64,000 bases of DNA. Source: an uncultured Campylobacter sp. Its GTDB lineage: Bacteria > Campylobacterota > Campylobacteria > Campylobacterales > Campylobacteraceae. The notes beneath the pieces are model-generated. The model was not told the DNA's origin. It saw nothing but the letters and a program-made list of their open reading frames with translations, and made no database searches. The stretch lies in the NCBI GenBank assembly GCA_963529235.1, contig CAURYE010000002.1, positions 76,167 to 140,166 on the forward strand. Reading direction: 5' to 3'. How positions within the stretch are numbered: the stretch's first letter is position 1; every line of letters begins with the position of its first letter. Shown piece after piece: positions 1-8,858 of this stretch. A program made the position numbers and the translations under genes.

Positions 1-145
1 TTCAAATTTCGGCTAAAATTACAGCAATCGCCGCAGACAAAGCGATAAAAACTCAAAAACGCGGCTCTAAATTTAAGCTAAAAAGCAAGCAGCCGCCACA
101 AGTCAAACGCGCTAAAAAGCGGAAAACAAACAAAAGGAGCAGACG

Positions 146-283
146 ATGGATACAAACGAAAAGTCCGAAAACGGCTTTAGCATTCGCGACTCGTTTTTTG
201 CTTTTTTAAAATCAAGACGCGACGATTTGCATTTCCTTCGCACCCCCCCCCATAGCCTTGGATGCACGGGCGGACAAAAATAG
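146..283 (+). CDS. short hypothetical ORF (45 codons) containing the C9 tract
   Basis: ATG at 146 with AAGGAG six nt upstream. It is below the 60-aa cutoff of the ORF track. The frame runs through C9 (243-251) to TAG 281-283. No recognisable family. Confidence 0.25.
   Translation: MDTNEKSENGFSIRDSFFAFLKSRRDDLHFLRTPPHSLGCTGGQK
243..251. repeat. C9 (G9 on the other strand) homopolymer
   Basis: Nine consecutive C read directly from the sequence. It is the only long G/C homopolymer I noticed in the window. Confidence 0.95.
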
Positions 284-347
284 GCGAATTTACGCGAGGG
301 TTTTGCGGTAAATTTAAACAAATACAAACTAAAGTTAAAGGAAAAAT

Positions 348-1166
348 ATGGGACTATTTAAAAAGATATTTGGCGGCGAGACGGACGCGAAAAATGGCAA
401 AGACGCAAACAAAGAAGAAAACGAGCCTGTGTTTTATGCAGACGGCGAAGATGCGGCGATGCTAGAGGCTTTTAGGCAGGCTAGAGAGAGCTTTGGGTAC
501 TTTTGGCGCGAGCTATACTGGGAAAATCACCGCATTATCCCGGCGCTTGACTTCGCTTGCGTCAAGGTTGCCTTTTCGCAAGATATCGGCGGCCATACGG
601 AGGTCGAGCATATGTGGATAAACGACGTGTATTTTGACGGCGAGCGCGTTTACGGCGTGCTGGCCAACGACCCAGGCATACTAACTAGCGTCGCAAGCGG
701 CGACGAGGTCGCGGTGTCGCTAGAGCAAATCAGCGACTGGATGTTTGCTGTAGGCGGTAGAGCATACGGCGGCTTTAGCGTGCAAGCCATGCGTAAAGCT
801 ATGAGTCAGGACGAGCGCGCCGAACACGACGAGGTATGGGGGCTAGATTTCGGCGATCCGGACGTAGTTTTGCTAGCCTACGAGCAAGAAAAACATCCGC
901 AAAATCTCATCGAGCATCCGATGAGCGTAAATATGAAAGAAAAGTTGCAAAAGTTTTTAAGCCAGAATCCAAAAGAGATAACGCAGGCCGACGATGAGGG
1001 TTATACGATGCTCCACCGCGAGGCAATAGCCGGCAACCGTACGGCGGTCGAGATTTTGCTCGCTAAGGGCGCTGATAAAAACGCTAAAAATATCCACGGC
1101 AAAACCGCGCTAGACTACGCTAGGGCGCTTGGCTGGGACCACGTAGTGCAGGCGCTTAGCCAGTAG
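348..1166 (+). CDS. DUF2314 (YegJ-like) domain protein with C-terminal ankyrin repeats
   Basis: 272-aa ORF. The N-terminal part contains EHMWINDVYFDGERVYGVLANDP, which resembles the DUF2314 core as I remember it. The C-terminus (GYTMLHREAIAGNRTAVEILLAKGADKNAKNIHGKTALDYA) is a canonical ankyrin repeat pair. Confidence 0.75.
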   Translation: MGLFKKIFGGETDAKNGKDANKEENEPVFYADGEDAAMLEAFRQARESFGYFWRELYWENHRIIPALDFACVKVAFSQDIGGHTEVEHMWINDVYFDGERVYGVLANDPGILTSVASGDEVAVSLEQISDWMFAVGGRAYGGFSVQAMRKAMSQDERAEHDEVWGLDFGDPDVVLLAYEQEKHPQNLIEHPMSVNMKEKLQKFLSQNPKEITQADDEGYTMLHREAIAGNRTAVEILLAKGADKNAKNIHGKTALDYARALGWDHVVQALSQ

Positions 1167-1440
1167 TTTATACTAGCAATTAAGCTTAAATTTACGGCTT
1201 AAATTTTACTTTGCGAGCTTATAGCGCCACGTAAACGGCGCTTTGCCGTCGGTAAATTTAACTAAATCGACTAAAAGCAAAATCGCGGTTACGGGCTTAC
1301 AAACAAGACTTTTGCCGCGGTTACGTATCTAAATCCCTCCTACAAAATCAAGCCCGAAGAATTTAACGTATAAGTCCGCTATCTCTTTAGAGGCTTCTTC
1401 TACGACTAGGTTTAGCTCATCGTTATTTATTGTTGCGTTG

Positions 1441-2625
1441 TTATCGCTCTGCGGCATTTTTGCTCCTTTTCTTTTTGATAAATTTATTAGGCATTAGCTT
1501 TTCTTTGTCTTGACTACTTATATTGGCGTCGATATAGATTACCTTATCCGTATCTCCTATGCGTATTATTGCGTCCATCTTTTTTTGTTCGTTTGCCCAC
1601 GACATAAATGTTCGTACGTCTTGAAAAGTTCCATCAGGCTCGGTGCAATATTTTTCTAAATTTTTTATGGGCATGTCTACATAAAACGGTCTTTTTTTAT
1701 TTATGTTTTCTCCATCTATCCATCTTATTTTATACCATAGATAAGTATCATGACACTTTTTATACGCCTCTTTCAGCTCCTCTTTAGTAGGTTGCCCCGA
1801 AACGTTGTTGTCTAGTAGTAAATTTAGCATAGGTTCGTAGTTTGGTATTATGCTCAGTCTGTCAAAGCAGTCAAATTCTTCATATCTTTGGGCTTTAAAT
1901 TTACATTCTGGCTTATACCCCAGCTCAAAAAGCATTTTTGAAATTTCCAGTAGATTATTGGATATGACGTAGTGAAATGGGTCTACTGCGTCCTTTGAGT
2001 CGGTATCCATAAAACCGTAATTTATATGTATGTCGTCTTTATCTATCACTATACTATCTATCAAGGCGTAGACTGCGTGGGTTAGATAAAACTGCACCGC
2101 TTTGACTTCCTCAAGCCCGACCCCGCTATCAAGCAGCAGCTTGGCGGTCTTAGTGGAGTTGTTTTCTATTGCGTAGGCTAGAGGCGAGAGCTTGTAGTTA
2201 TCTTTTGCGTGAGCGTTTGCGCCCATATCTATAAGTCTTTTTGCCGTGGCTTCGTCGTCGTAAAAGCTAGCGTACATCAGCGGCGTCGTGTTTGCCTTCA
2301 TCTTTACGTCGGCGCTAAGCCCGTTTCTTGTCATAAAATTTAAAATTTTATCCGTATCTTTTAGCCTCAGCAAATTTCTTAAAGCGTTAAGGGTGGCGTT
2401 GTTTTCCTTGTATTCGTCTATATCCCAGTATCTAAAAGCAAAATCGTCCACTTCCTCTTGCGTTACGTATTTGGCTAGCTCGGAGTTTGGGTCTATCTTG
2501 GTGTCCGGCGTGATAGCAAAACCAGTCGGCACTGGGCTTGAGCCAAATTTATCAAATTTAACTCCCAAATACGAAAGATAAAAGAGGACGGCGGTAAAAG
2601 CGGCGAGTATAAAGATAGATTGCAA
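1441..2625 (-). CDS. membrane-anchored ankyrin-repeat protein
   Basis: 394-aa ORF with a TTG start. It has an N-terminal hydrophobic helix (IFILAAFTAVLFYLSYLGV) and ankyrin repeats (TPLMYASFYDDEATAKRLIDMGANAHAKDNYKLSPLAYAIENNSTKTAKLLLDSG). Confidence 0.75.
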   Translation of the reverse strand: MQSIFILAAFTAVLFYLSYLGVKFDKFGSSPVPTGFAITPDTKIDPNSELAKYVTQEEVDDFAFRYWDIDEYKENNATLNALRNLLRLKDTDKILNFMTRNGLSADVKMKANTTPLMYASFYDDEATAKRLIDMGANAHAKDNYKLSPLAYAIENNSTKTAKLLLDSGVGLEEVKAVQFYLTHAVYALIDSIVIDKDDIHINYGFMDTDSKDAVDPFHYVISNNLLEISKMLFELGYKPECKFKAQRYEEFDCFDRLSIIPNYEPMLNLLLDNNVSGQPTKEELKEAYKKCHDTYLWYKIRWIDGENINKKRPFYVDMPIKNLEKYCTEPDGTFQDVRTFMSWANEQKKMDAIIRIGDTDKVIYIDANISSQDKEKLMPNKFIKKKRSKNAAER

Positions 2626-2835
2626 AAAGTTTTTTAATCCAAATTCCTTTAAGTTAAGATTACATTTTGTATTTTACTACTAGCGTCTTTAAACAATTCT
2701 TTTAAAATATTTTTATAATCTTTTACTGAAATTTAAAAAATATATGGCAAAAATATCAAATTTGAAATTAAATTTAGCTCGATTTTATAATCAAAGTTGT
2801 AAAATCAGATCAAAAACTATTTAAAAAGAATAGAT

Positions 2836-3435
2836 ATGAGTAAAATTAGCGATTGCCTAAAGACAGAGCGTTATATAAACAAAAAATCCTATAAATTTAA
2901 AAAAGCGTTTACGATGCTAGAACTCGTCATTGTTATAGTCGCAGTAGGCATTTTAGCTTTAGCCGCTTTGCCTAGACTAGACCGGGATCAGCTAGGCTCT
3001 GCCGTAGATGACATCATGACTGCCGTTAGAAAAACTCAGCTTTTGGCGATGCAAGATAATAAATTCGATCCAACTGATCCGGGTTGGTATACGAAGCGCT
3101 GGATGATCGAGGTAAGCAGCGACCGCTATACCATAACAGACCGAGGTACTGGGAGAAAGATATACGGAGTGCTAGATAAAAAATACGGCGTAACAGCTGC
3201 AGATATCAACTGTCCGGTAACTTATGCGCTGTTTCCAATGAGTCAGATAGGTTTTGACGAATACGGTCGTATATTAGATCCTGGAAATTTAGCAAGAGGA
3301 TATGGTAATGATGCAATAAACAGTGCGTTTTATCAATCTCCTTGCGTAATTAAAGTCCAAACTAAGCATCAAAAGGCAACTATAACCGTTGCCCCAATTA
3401 CCGGTGCAATGACAGTAAGTTACGAAGATATCTGA
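2836..3435 (+). CDS. prepilin-type N-terminal cleavage/methylation domain protein (type IV pilin-like / pseudopilin)
   Basis: KKAFTMLELVIVIVAVGILALAALP is the class III signal/methylation motif followed by a hydrophobic helix. The leader is unusually long (26 aa) because no alternative start codon lies closer. Confidence 0.75.
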   Translation: MSKISDCLKTERYINKKSYKFKKAFTMLELVIVIVAVGILALAALPRLDRDQLGSAVDDIMTAVRKTQLLAMQDNKFDPTDPGWYTKRWMIEVSSDRYTITDRGTGRKIYGVLDKKYGVTAADINCPVTYALFPMSQIGFDEYGRILDPGNLARGYGNDAINSAFYQSPCVIKVQTKHQKATITVAPITGAMTVSYEDI

Positions 3436-3611
3436 TTTAATAGTAGATTATAAAAATCTTGGCTCAATAAGACCAAATACTCCTTTGTTTAAGCTTAGGT
3501 TAAAGAGAGCCTTATGTATTGTATATAAAAAACTGCACAAGAAACTTAGTATTAAAAACCGTTGAGATAAGTTATTTTGGACTCTTTTTATTATACGGAT
3601 ACCTTTATGCA

Positions 3612-3656
3612 TTTAAAAAAGATCAAAGGCGGGCTAAATTTACGACAAAGCCCGCC
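3612..3656 (-). terminator. rho-independent terminator downstream of the MCP gene
   Basis: 8-bp GC-rich inverted repeat GGCGGGCT (3628-3635) / AGCCCGCC (3649-3656). On the minus strand it is followed by UUUGAUCUUUUUU. Confidence 0.6.
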
Positions 3657-3675
3657 AAAGCCAAATTCGGCTTGA

Positions 3676-5634
3676 TTAAAATTTATTTTTCCTTACGTCT
3701 GCGACTATCGTTTTAGCCATGTCGTCGATTTGAGACGTGATTTCGTTCGTGGTGTTTACGATACCGATATTTTGCTTAGTTATATCATCTATCTGGCTCA
3801 CGCTTTGATTTATCATATTTATGCCCTCGCTTTGCTCCCTGATGCTCTCGCTCATCTCGTTGATGCTTTGAGCTAGTACGTTTGCGTTAGCTTCTATCTC
3901 GCCTAGGCTCTTTTGAGTTCGTTCGGCTAGCTTTCTAACCTCATCGGCTACGACGGCAAAACCGCGTCCGTGTTCGCCTGCTCTTGCTGCTTCTATGGCT
4001 GCGTTTAGAGCTAGCAAATTCGTCTGATCGGCGATGTCGCGGATTATTACGATGATATTTTTGATCTCCTCGCTTTGGCGGGTTACGTCCTGTGCTTTTT
4101 GGCTGATCGCGTTCATCGAGCTACTCATCTGCTCGATCGCGGCGGCGCTTTCTTGGATAGAGTCTGCTTGCTTTTGGGCGCCGTCAGTTAGGGTTCTCAT
4201 TGATTCAGCTAGGATTTTAGCTTTTTCTTCGAGCATTTGAGCTTCTTTTAGATTTTCTCTTAGCATATTACTTACGGCGTCTCCCGCGCTTTGCAAGCCC
4301 ACCATCATATCGCGCAGATCGCTTTCTATATCGTCTTTTAGCTCTATGCGAGGCGTATAGTCGTTTTTATTATACGAGCTTAGTACTGCGGCTATGCCTT
4401 TTAAATTTGACGAGATGGAGCCAAAAAAGCGGTTTAGCAAGTCTTTTAGCTGCACTAGAGCCGGATTATTCGGGTCTGATTTTATACTAGCTCCCATGTG
4501 TCCTTTTATCATGAGATTTGCGATGCTGTTCATCTCCTCGATTAGGGCGCTATCTTTTTTGATACCGGCGATAACCTTATCGATATTTTCGTTTATCGCG
4601 TAGCTCATGACGCCAAATTCGTCCCTAGCGGTTACAGCTAGCTTTTGAGGAGCCGGAGCTTCGTGGGCGATAAATTTAAACGTATCTTCCAGTCTTTCTT
4701 GGATGGTTTTTATCGGGCTTAAGGATTTTTTGAGCAGTATATAAACAAATGCGCTAAGAGCTATGATAAATATAGTCGCTAAAATAAGCTGAGTGCGCAA
4801 AAGCGGCAAGGTATTTGACGAAAAGGTATCCGCGCCGATAGCAGCTACTGCTAGCCAGCCTTCATCGTTTATAGGGATTACTTTAGCCGTTACGCTTTGT
4901 CCGCTTGTATTTACATAAGCGATCAAACCGTTATTATCGAACTTTTTGGCCGCATAGCCTTCGGCCACGGTTTTACTAGCCGTGCTAACCTTGCCTATAC
5001 TAGAGAGATCGGGATGTAGCAAAATCAATCCGTCGCCTTTCATCAAAAGTACGTAACCGTAGTCGGTTTTGCCCATCGAGATTATCTTTTCGCTAAGATC
5101 CTTTACGTCTACGTCTATGCCGGCTACGCCCATAAATTTACCGTTTTTGTTTATCGGCGTTACGAATGTTATAACCAAATCGCCAGTAGAAGCTTTTCTA
5201 GGCTCTAAAAATACCGCTTTGTTTTCCTTTACGGCGGTTTGATACCAGCCCCTGGTCCTCGGATCGTAGTTATCCGCTACGGTCGTTCTTTTGCCGTCTG
5301 ATTGGAAAAAGTCGCCGTTTTCTTTAGCGAAATACACATACTTTATATGTGAGCCTGCTAGCTCTTTTTCCAATACAACCTTAGTAGCCATTTCATCATC
5401 GTCGCCGACTGATTTTTCAAGCCTTGAGCTGATTTTACCCAGTATCTCAAGATAATCGTTAAAAAACGAATTCGTCGTTATTTTAACGTCGTCTAGGATT
5501 TGATCTTGGGTTTGACCGACCAGTTCTACGACTTTATTTTCAGCCGTATAATAACTAACCGCCGAAATAGCGGCAAATGAGACGAAGAGCGCAATGATTA
5601 GCATCAACGCGATCTTGTTCGTGATTGAGCGCAT
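3676..5634 (-). CDS. methyl-accepting chemotaxis protein with periplasmic double-Cache-type sensor
   Basis: 652 aa. It has an N-terminal TM helix, a ~270-aa periplasmic region, a second TM helix, and a C-terminal MCP signalling domain with the highly conserved hairpin ([41 protein letters not shown]). Confidence 0.95.
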   Translation of the reverse strand: MRSITNKIALMLIIALFVSFAAISAVSYYTAENKVVELVGQTQDQILDDVKITTNSFFNDYLEILGKISSRLEKSVGDDDEMATKVVLEKELAGSHIKYVYFAKENGDFFQSDGKRTTVADNYDPRTRGWYQTAVKENKAVFLEPRKASTGDLVITFVTPINKNGKFMGVAGIDVDVKDLSEKIISMGKTDYGYVLLMKGDGLILLHPDLSSIGKVSTASKTVAEGYAAKKFDNNGLIAYVNTSGQSVTAKVIPINDEGWLAVAAIGADTFSSNTLPLLRTQLILATIFIIALSAFVYILLKKSLSPIKTIQERLEDTFKFIAHEAPAPQKLAVTARDEFGVMSYAINENIDKVIAGIKKDSALIEEMNSIANLMIKGHMGASIKSDPNNPALVQLKDLLNRFFGSISSNLKGIAAVLSSYNKNDYTPRIELKDDIESDLRDMMVGLQSAGDAVSNMLRENLKEAQMLEEKAKILAESMRTLTDGAQKQADSIQESAAAIEQMSSSMNAISQKAQDVTRQSEEIKNIIVIIRDIADQTNLLALNAAIEAARAGEHGRGFAVVADEVRKLAERTQKSLGEIEANANVLAQSINEMSESIREQSEGINMINQSVSQIDDITKQNIGIVNTTNEITSQIDDMAKTIVADVRKNKF

Positions 5635-5959
5635 TTATTCTCCTTAAATTTATTGTGAAGTTTCATTTTACAACTTTAGCTGTTAAATAAAATTAAAATT
5701 TAGCGTAAATTATCAATCGCAAAGCAAATTTTAGTCCAAATTTAAGAAGGCACAAAAAGGTAAAATTAAGGATTTATCGCGAGAGACAAAACGGCAGTAA
5801 ATTTAATCAGCAAATTCAAGCAAATTTACCGCGCGAGGTTAAATTTAAAAGCACGGCTTAGAATAAAGCGGCGTAGATTAAACCGTCTCGCCGAGTCAAA
5901 TTTAACCCGGCGAGGCTTTATCAAATTTAAGCCGCAGATTTTAGCTTACGGCCTCAAAT

Positions 5960-8518
5960 TTAAGCAAATTTCGGATCGCTAAACGCCGTTAGCTCAGGCG
6001 CCTTGCCCGTAAATTTTTCGATATTTACAAGCGCGGTGTGGCTGATGTTGCCGTTTGCTAGCTTGCTAGTCGGGATATCGATGGTTAGGACGTTTGGCGA
6101 ACCGTTTTTGCAAAGACCCGCGTCAAATCCGTCGTACCATACGCCTTCAGCTAGCTTAACGACGCCCTCTTTGATATCTTGCGTCACCAAGGCACCCGCC
6201 AGCACTTCGCCGCGAGCGTTAAACACCCTAACCAAATCGCCGGTTTTTATGCCCTTTTTCGCGGCGTCTTTAGGGTGTATCCAGATCGGCTCACGGTTTG
6301 CGATCGCGTAGTTTTCGCGCAGAGATGTTTGGTTTAGCTGCGAGTGGAGGCGATCGGTCGGATGCGGGCTTAGCATGTGTAGCTCGGCAGGTTTATCTTT
6401 CATACCTAGCCACTCGATCGGCTCATACCACATCGGATGCGCTTTGCAGTCATTATAGCCCATTTTCTCGATGGTTTCGGAGTAAATTTCGATTAGACCG
6501 CTTGGCGTTCCTAGCGGATTTAGCACCGGGTCCTCTCTAAACTCGCCAAATCTCACCCACGTATCGCTCTCAGGCGTCGAGGCAAAAGTTACCGGCTTAT
6601 TTTCGTTCCAAAACTCCTCAAACGGCTTCATATCGGTTTCAAAATCAGGTATAGCCTTGACCTGCTCGTACGCCGCGCCGTAATACTCTTTGATCCAGTC
6701 AAATTCATCCTTGCCGTTGTCGGTGTAGGCTACGACCAAATTTTTAGCGTAGGCCTTGCAAAGGTCGGTGAAAATTTGATAATCGTCGCGCGCTTCGGCG
6801 TATTTTTCCACAACTTGCTTCATCGGCACGATGTTCATATTCGAGTAGTCGCCCGTCATCGTGACGTCGTTGCGCTCGTATGCGGTTGTGGTTGGAAATA
6901 CGATATCAGCCATCTTAGCAGTCGGCGTCCAGTATGCCTCGTTTACGACTACCGTGCGAGGTTTGCGCCACGCTTCTAGCAGGCGGTTGGTCTCTTGATG
7001 ATGGGCGAAAGGATTGCCGCCGACCCAGTAGATAAAGTCGATATCAGGATACGTGATTTTCTTGCCGTCGTGATCGATCACTTTGCCTGGATTTAGCAGA
7101 GCGTCCGCGATACGAGCGACCGGGAATGCATAGTTTGTAGCCTTTTGCAGCCAGCTTTGACCCGTACCAGCAACAGCCGCGGCTTTAGCGACGAAGCGGC
7201 CGCTTGCGTCAAATTCTCCGCTATCCGTGCCGATAAACTCGCCCTCGTCGTTAAATTTACCCACGCTTGCGCTATTTACGCCGCCGACTACAGCACCTTT
7301 GCAAGTCGGAGCGCCGCCGTTTGAGTAGTGGTAGCTAAGGCCAAAACCTCCACCCGGAAGCCCGATCTGTCCTAGCATAGCCGCCAAAGTTACCATTGCC
7401 CAGTGCGGCTGCTCACCGTGATGCGCACGCTGCATACCCCAACCGCTCATTATCATCGTGCGGTTAGCGTCGAAGGTATCTGCTAGCTCTTTGATGAGGC
7501 TTGCTTTTAGGCCGCAAATTTTGCTCGCCCACTCTAAATTTTTAGGCGTGCCGTCGGTTTTACCGAGCAGATACGGCAGGAACTTATCAAAGCCGCTCGT
7601 ATAGGTCTCGATGAAGTTTTTATCGTATTTGCCGCTCTCGTATAGGTAGTGCATCATGCCTAGCATCATCGCAGTGTCGGTGTTTGGCACCGGAGCAATC
7701 CACTGAGCCTTATCGAAGTACTGCGCCGTTTCGGTTCTTATAGGGTCGATTATTATAACCTTTATGTCGCTGCGTTTTTTTAGCTCTTCAAAGTACTTAA
7801 AGCCCTGCTCGTCGGTGCTAGTCCATGCTATGCGTAACGTTGCCATAGGATTTGCGCCCCAGATGACGACTACTTTTGAGTTTTCTAGTACCGCAGGCCA
7901 GCTAGTTTGCTGCTCGTAGACCTCGATGCTGCCCACGACGTGAGGCATGATGACCTGGCTAGCACCCGTAGAATAATCGCCTAAAGACCCAACGAATCCG
8001 CCGCTAAGATTCATAAATCTATGAAGTAAAATTCGCGAGTTATGCACGTTGCCGCTTGATTTCCAGCCGTAACTACCCGCAAACACGCCCTCTAGCCCCT
8101 TTTGTTTTCTCGTCTTTTTTAGCTCTCTAGCTACTAGTTTTATCGCATCCTCGTAGCGTACGCGCACCCACTCGTCTTTGCCTCTTAGCTCCGGTTTTGG
8201 CGAGTCCGGATTTTGCAAGTAACTTTTGCGCACCATCGGGTATTTTATGCGTGATTTATAGACCATATCGGCGGTGTAGTGCTGCAACGGATTATACACT
8301 TCGCTCGTTTTTTGAAACGGCTCTGATTTTACGATCTTGCCGTCTTTGACGCTAACTTTTAGCATGCCCCAGTGAGCAGCCGTTAGCACCTCGCCGTTAC
8401 GCACGTTTGCCGTATTTAGCTCGGCTCCGAGTAAATTTGACGCCGTTACGCTAGAAAACAAAGGAGCCGCTGCAAGCGCCGCTCCGCCTTTTAATATATT
8501 TCGTCTTTGTAGGTTCAT
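5960..8518 (-). CDS. torA: Tat-exported DMSO-reductase-family molybdoenzyme (TMAO/DMSO reductase, TorA/TorZ/DorA-like)
   Basis: 852 aa with twin-arginine signal MNLQRRNILKGGAALAAAPLF. Size and sequence are typical of bis-MGD TMAO/DMSO/biotin-sulfoxide reductases. A monohaem cytochrome c gene lies upstream on the same strand. SD AGGAGAG at 8523-8529. Confidence 0.9.
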   Translation of the reverse strand: MNLQRRNILKGGAALAAAPLFSSVTASNLLGAELNTANVRNGEVLTAAHWGMLKVSVKDGKIVKSEPFQKTSEVYNPLQHYTADMVYKSRIKYPMVRKSYLQNPDSPKPELRGKDEWVRVRYEDAIKLVARELKKTRKQKGLEGVFAGSYGWKSSGNVHNSRILLHRFMNLSGGFVGSLGDYSTGASQVIMPHVVGSIEVYEQQTSWPAVLENSKVVVIWGANPMATLRIAWTSTDEQGFKYFEELKKRSDIKVIIIDPIRTETAQYFDKAQWIAPVPNTDTAMMLGMMHYLYESGKYDKNFIETYTSGFDKFLPYLLGKTDGTPKNLEWASKICGLKASLIKELADTFDANRTMIMSGWGMQRAHHGEQPHWAMVTLAAMLGQIGLPGGGFGLSYHYSNGGAPTCKGAVVGGVNSASVGKFNDEGEFIGTDSGEFDASGRFVAKAAAVAGTGQSWLQKATNYAFPVARIADALLNPGKVIDHDGKKITYPDIDFIYWVGGNPFAHHQETNRLLEAWRKPRTVVVNEAYWTPTAKMADIVFPTTTAYERNDVTMTGDYSNMNIVPMKQVVEKYAEARDDYQIFTDLCKAYAKNLVVAYTDNGKDEFDWIKEYYGAAYEQVKAIPDFETDMKPFEEFWNENKPVTFASTPESDTWVRFGEFREDPVLNPLGTPSGLIEIYSETIEKMGYNDCKAHPMWYEPIEWLGMKDKPAELHMLSPHPTDRLHSQLNQTSLRENYAIANREPIWIHPKDAAKKGIKTGDLVRVFNARGEVLAGALVTQDIKEGVVKLAEGVWYDGFDAGLCKNGSPNVLTIDIPTSKLANGNISHTALVNIEKFTGKAPELTAFSDPKFA

Positions 8519-8530
8519 TTTTCTCTCCTA

Positions 8531-8858
8531 TTTTTACTTCTCGGTCGAACGAAGTCCGACCTACGAGCGGGAGTATAAATACTCCCTGCACCCACCTGAA
8601 GCACACCGCTTCTTTCGAAAGCGGCGTAAATTCGGCACATTTTTTCTGTTTTTACTTCTCGGTCGAACGAAGTCCGACCTACGAGCGGGAGTATAAATAC
8701 TCCCTGCACCCACCTGAAGCACACCGCTTCTTTCGAAAGCGGCGTAAATTCGGCACATTTTTTCTGTTTTTACTTCTCGGTCGAACGAGGTCCGACCTCC
8801 GAGCGGAAGCGCAAGCGCTCCCTGCACCCACCTAAAGTCCCTACTGCGTAGGGTACCC
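8531..8858 (-). repeat. tandem array of a 118-nt unit (two identical copies plus one diverged ~71-nt core copy) in the 5' leader of the reductase gene
   Basis: 8531-8648 and 8649-8766 are identical. The third copy starts at 8767 and shares the core up to about 8837. Hairpins are conserved, with compensatory substitutions in copy 3. The unit length is not a multiple of three. Confidence 0.9.

Noticed and set aside
1-209. Open frame running in from the left edge and ending in a highly basic tail (…KRGSKFKLKSKQPPQVKRAKKRKTNKRSRR…), possibly the 3' end of an upstream gene
   Set aside because: Only about 70 codons are visible, with no recognisable domain, and the frame overlaps the SD-preceded ORF at 146. 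It cannot be supported from this window alone.
112-327. 71-aa minus-strand ORF spanning the G9/C9 tract, and the plus-strand ORF at 262-465
   Set aside because: Neither has an SD or family resemblance, and the 262-465 ORF overlaps the well-supported 348-1166 gene out of frame. The short plus-strand ORF with a strong SD (146-283) is the only coding candidate I kept, at low confidence.
8515-8827. Two overlapping minus-strand ORFs (69 and 88 aa) with repeated peptide sequence inside the tandem array upstream of the reductase gene
   Set aside because: They are read-through of the 118-nt repeat. Because 118 is not a multiple of 3, the same DNA is translated in shifting frames. There is no SD and no family resemblance, and the region shows RNA-type compensatory changes rather than codon-type conservation.
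8531-8858. Calling the tandem module a Moco (molybdenum cofactor) riboswitch
   Set aside because: The context fits, but from memory the Moco motif needs CCUCCGAGCC, AAAGGAAC and GGUGCC blocks in a defined order. Here a CCUCCGAGC-like string occurs only on the antisense (plus) strand of copy 3 and is CCUACGAGC in copies 1-2. Only GGGUGC is present in the sense strand. I therefore left it as an unclassified candidate pending a covariance-model search.
8531-8858. CRISPR array or protein operator (for example a ModE-type palindrome GGGAGTAT-AA-ATACTCCC)
   Set aside because: The units are contiguous with no unique spacers, and there are no cas genes. The inverted repeat changes sequence on both arms in copy 3 while keeping complementarity, which preserves an RNA helix but not a protein recognition sequence.
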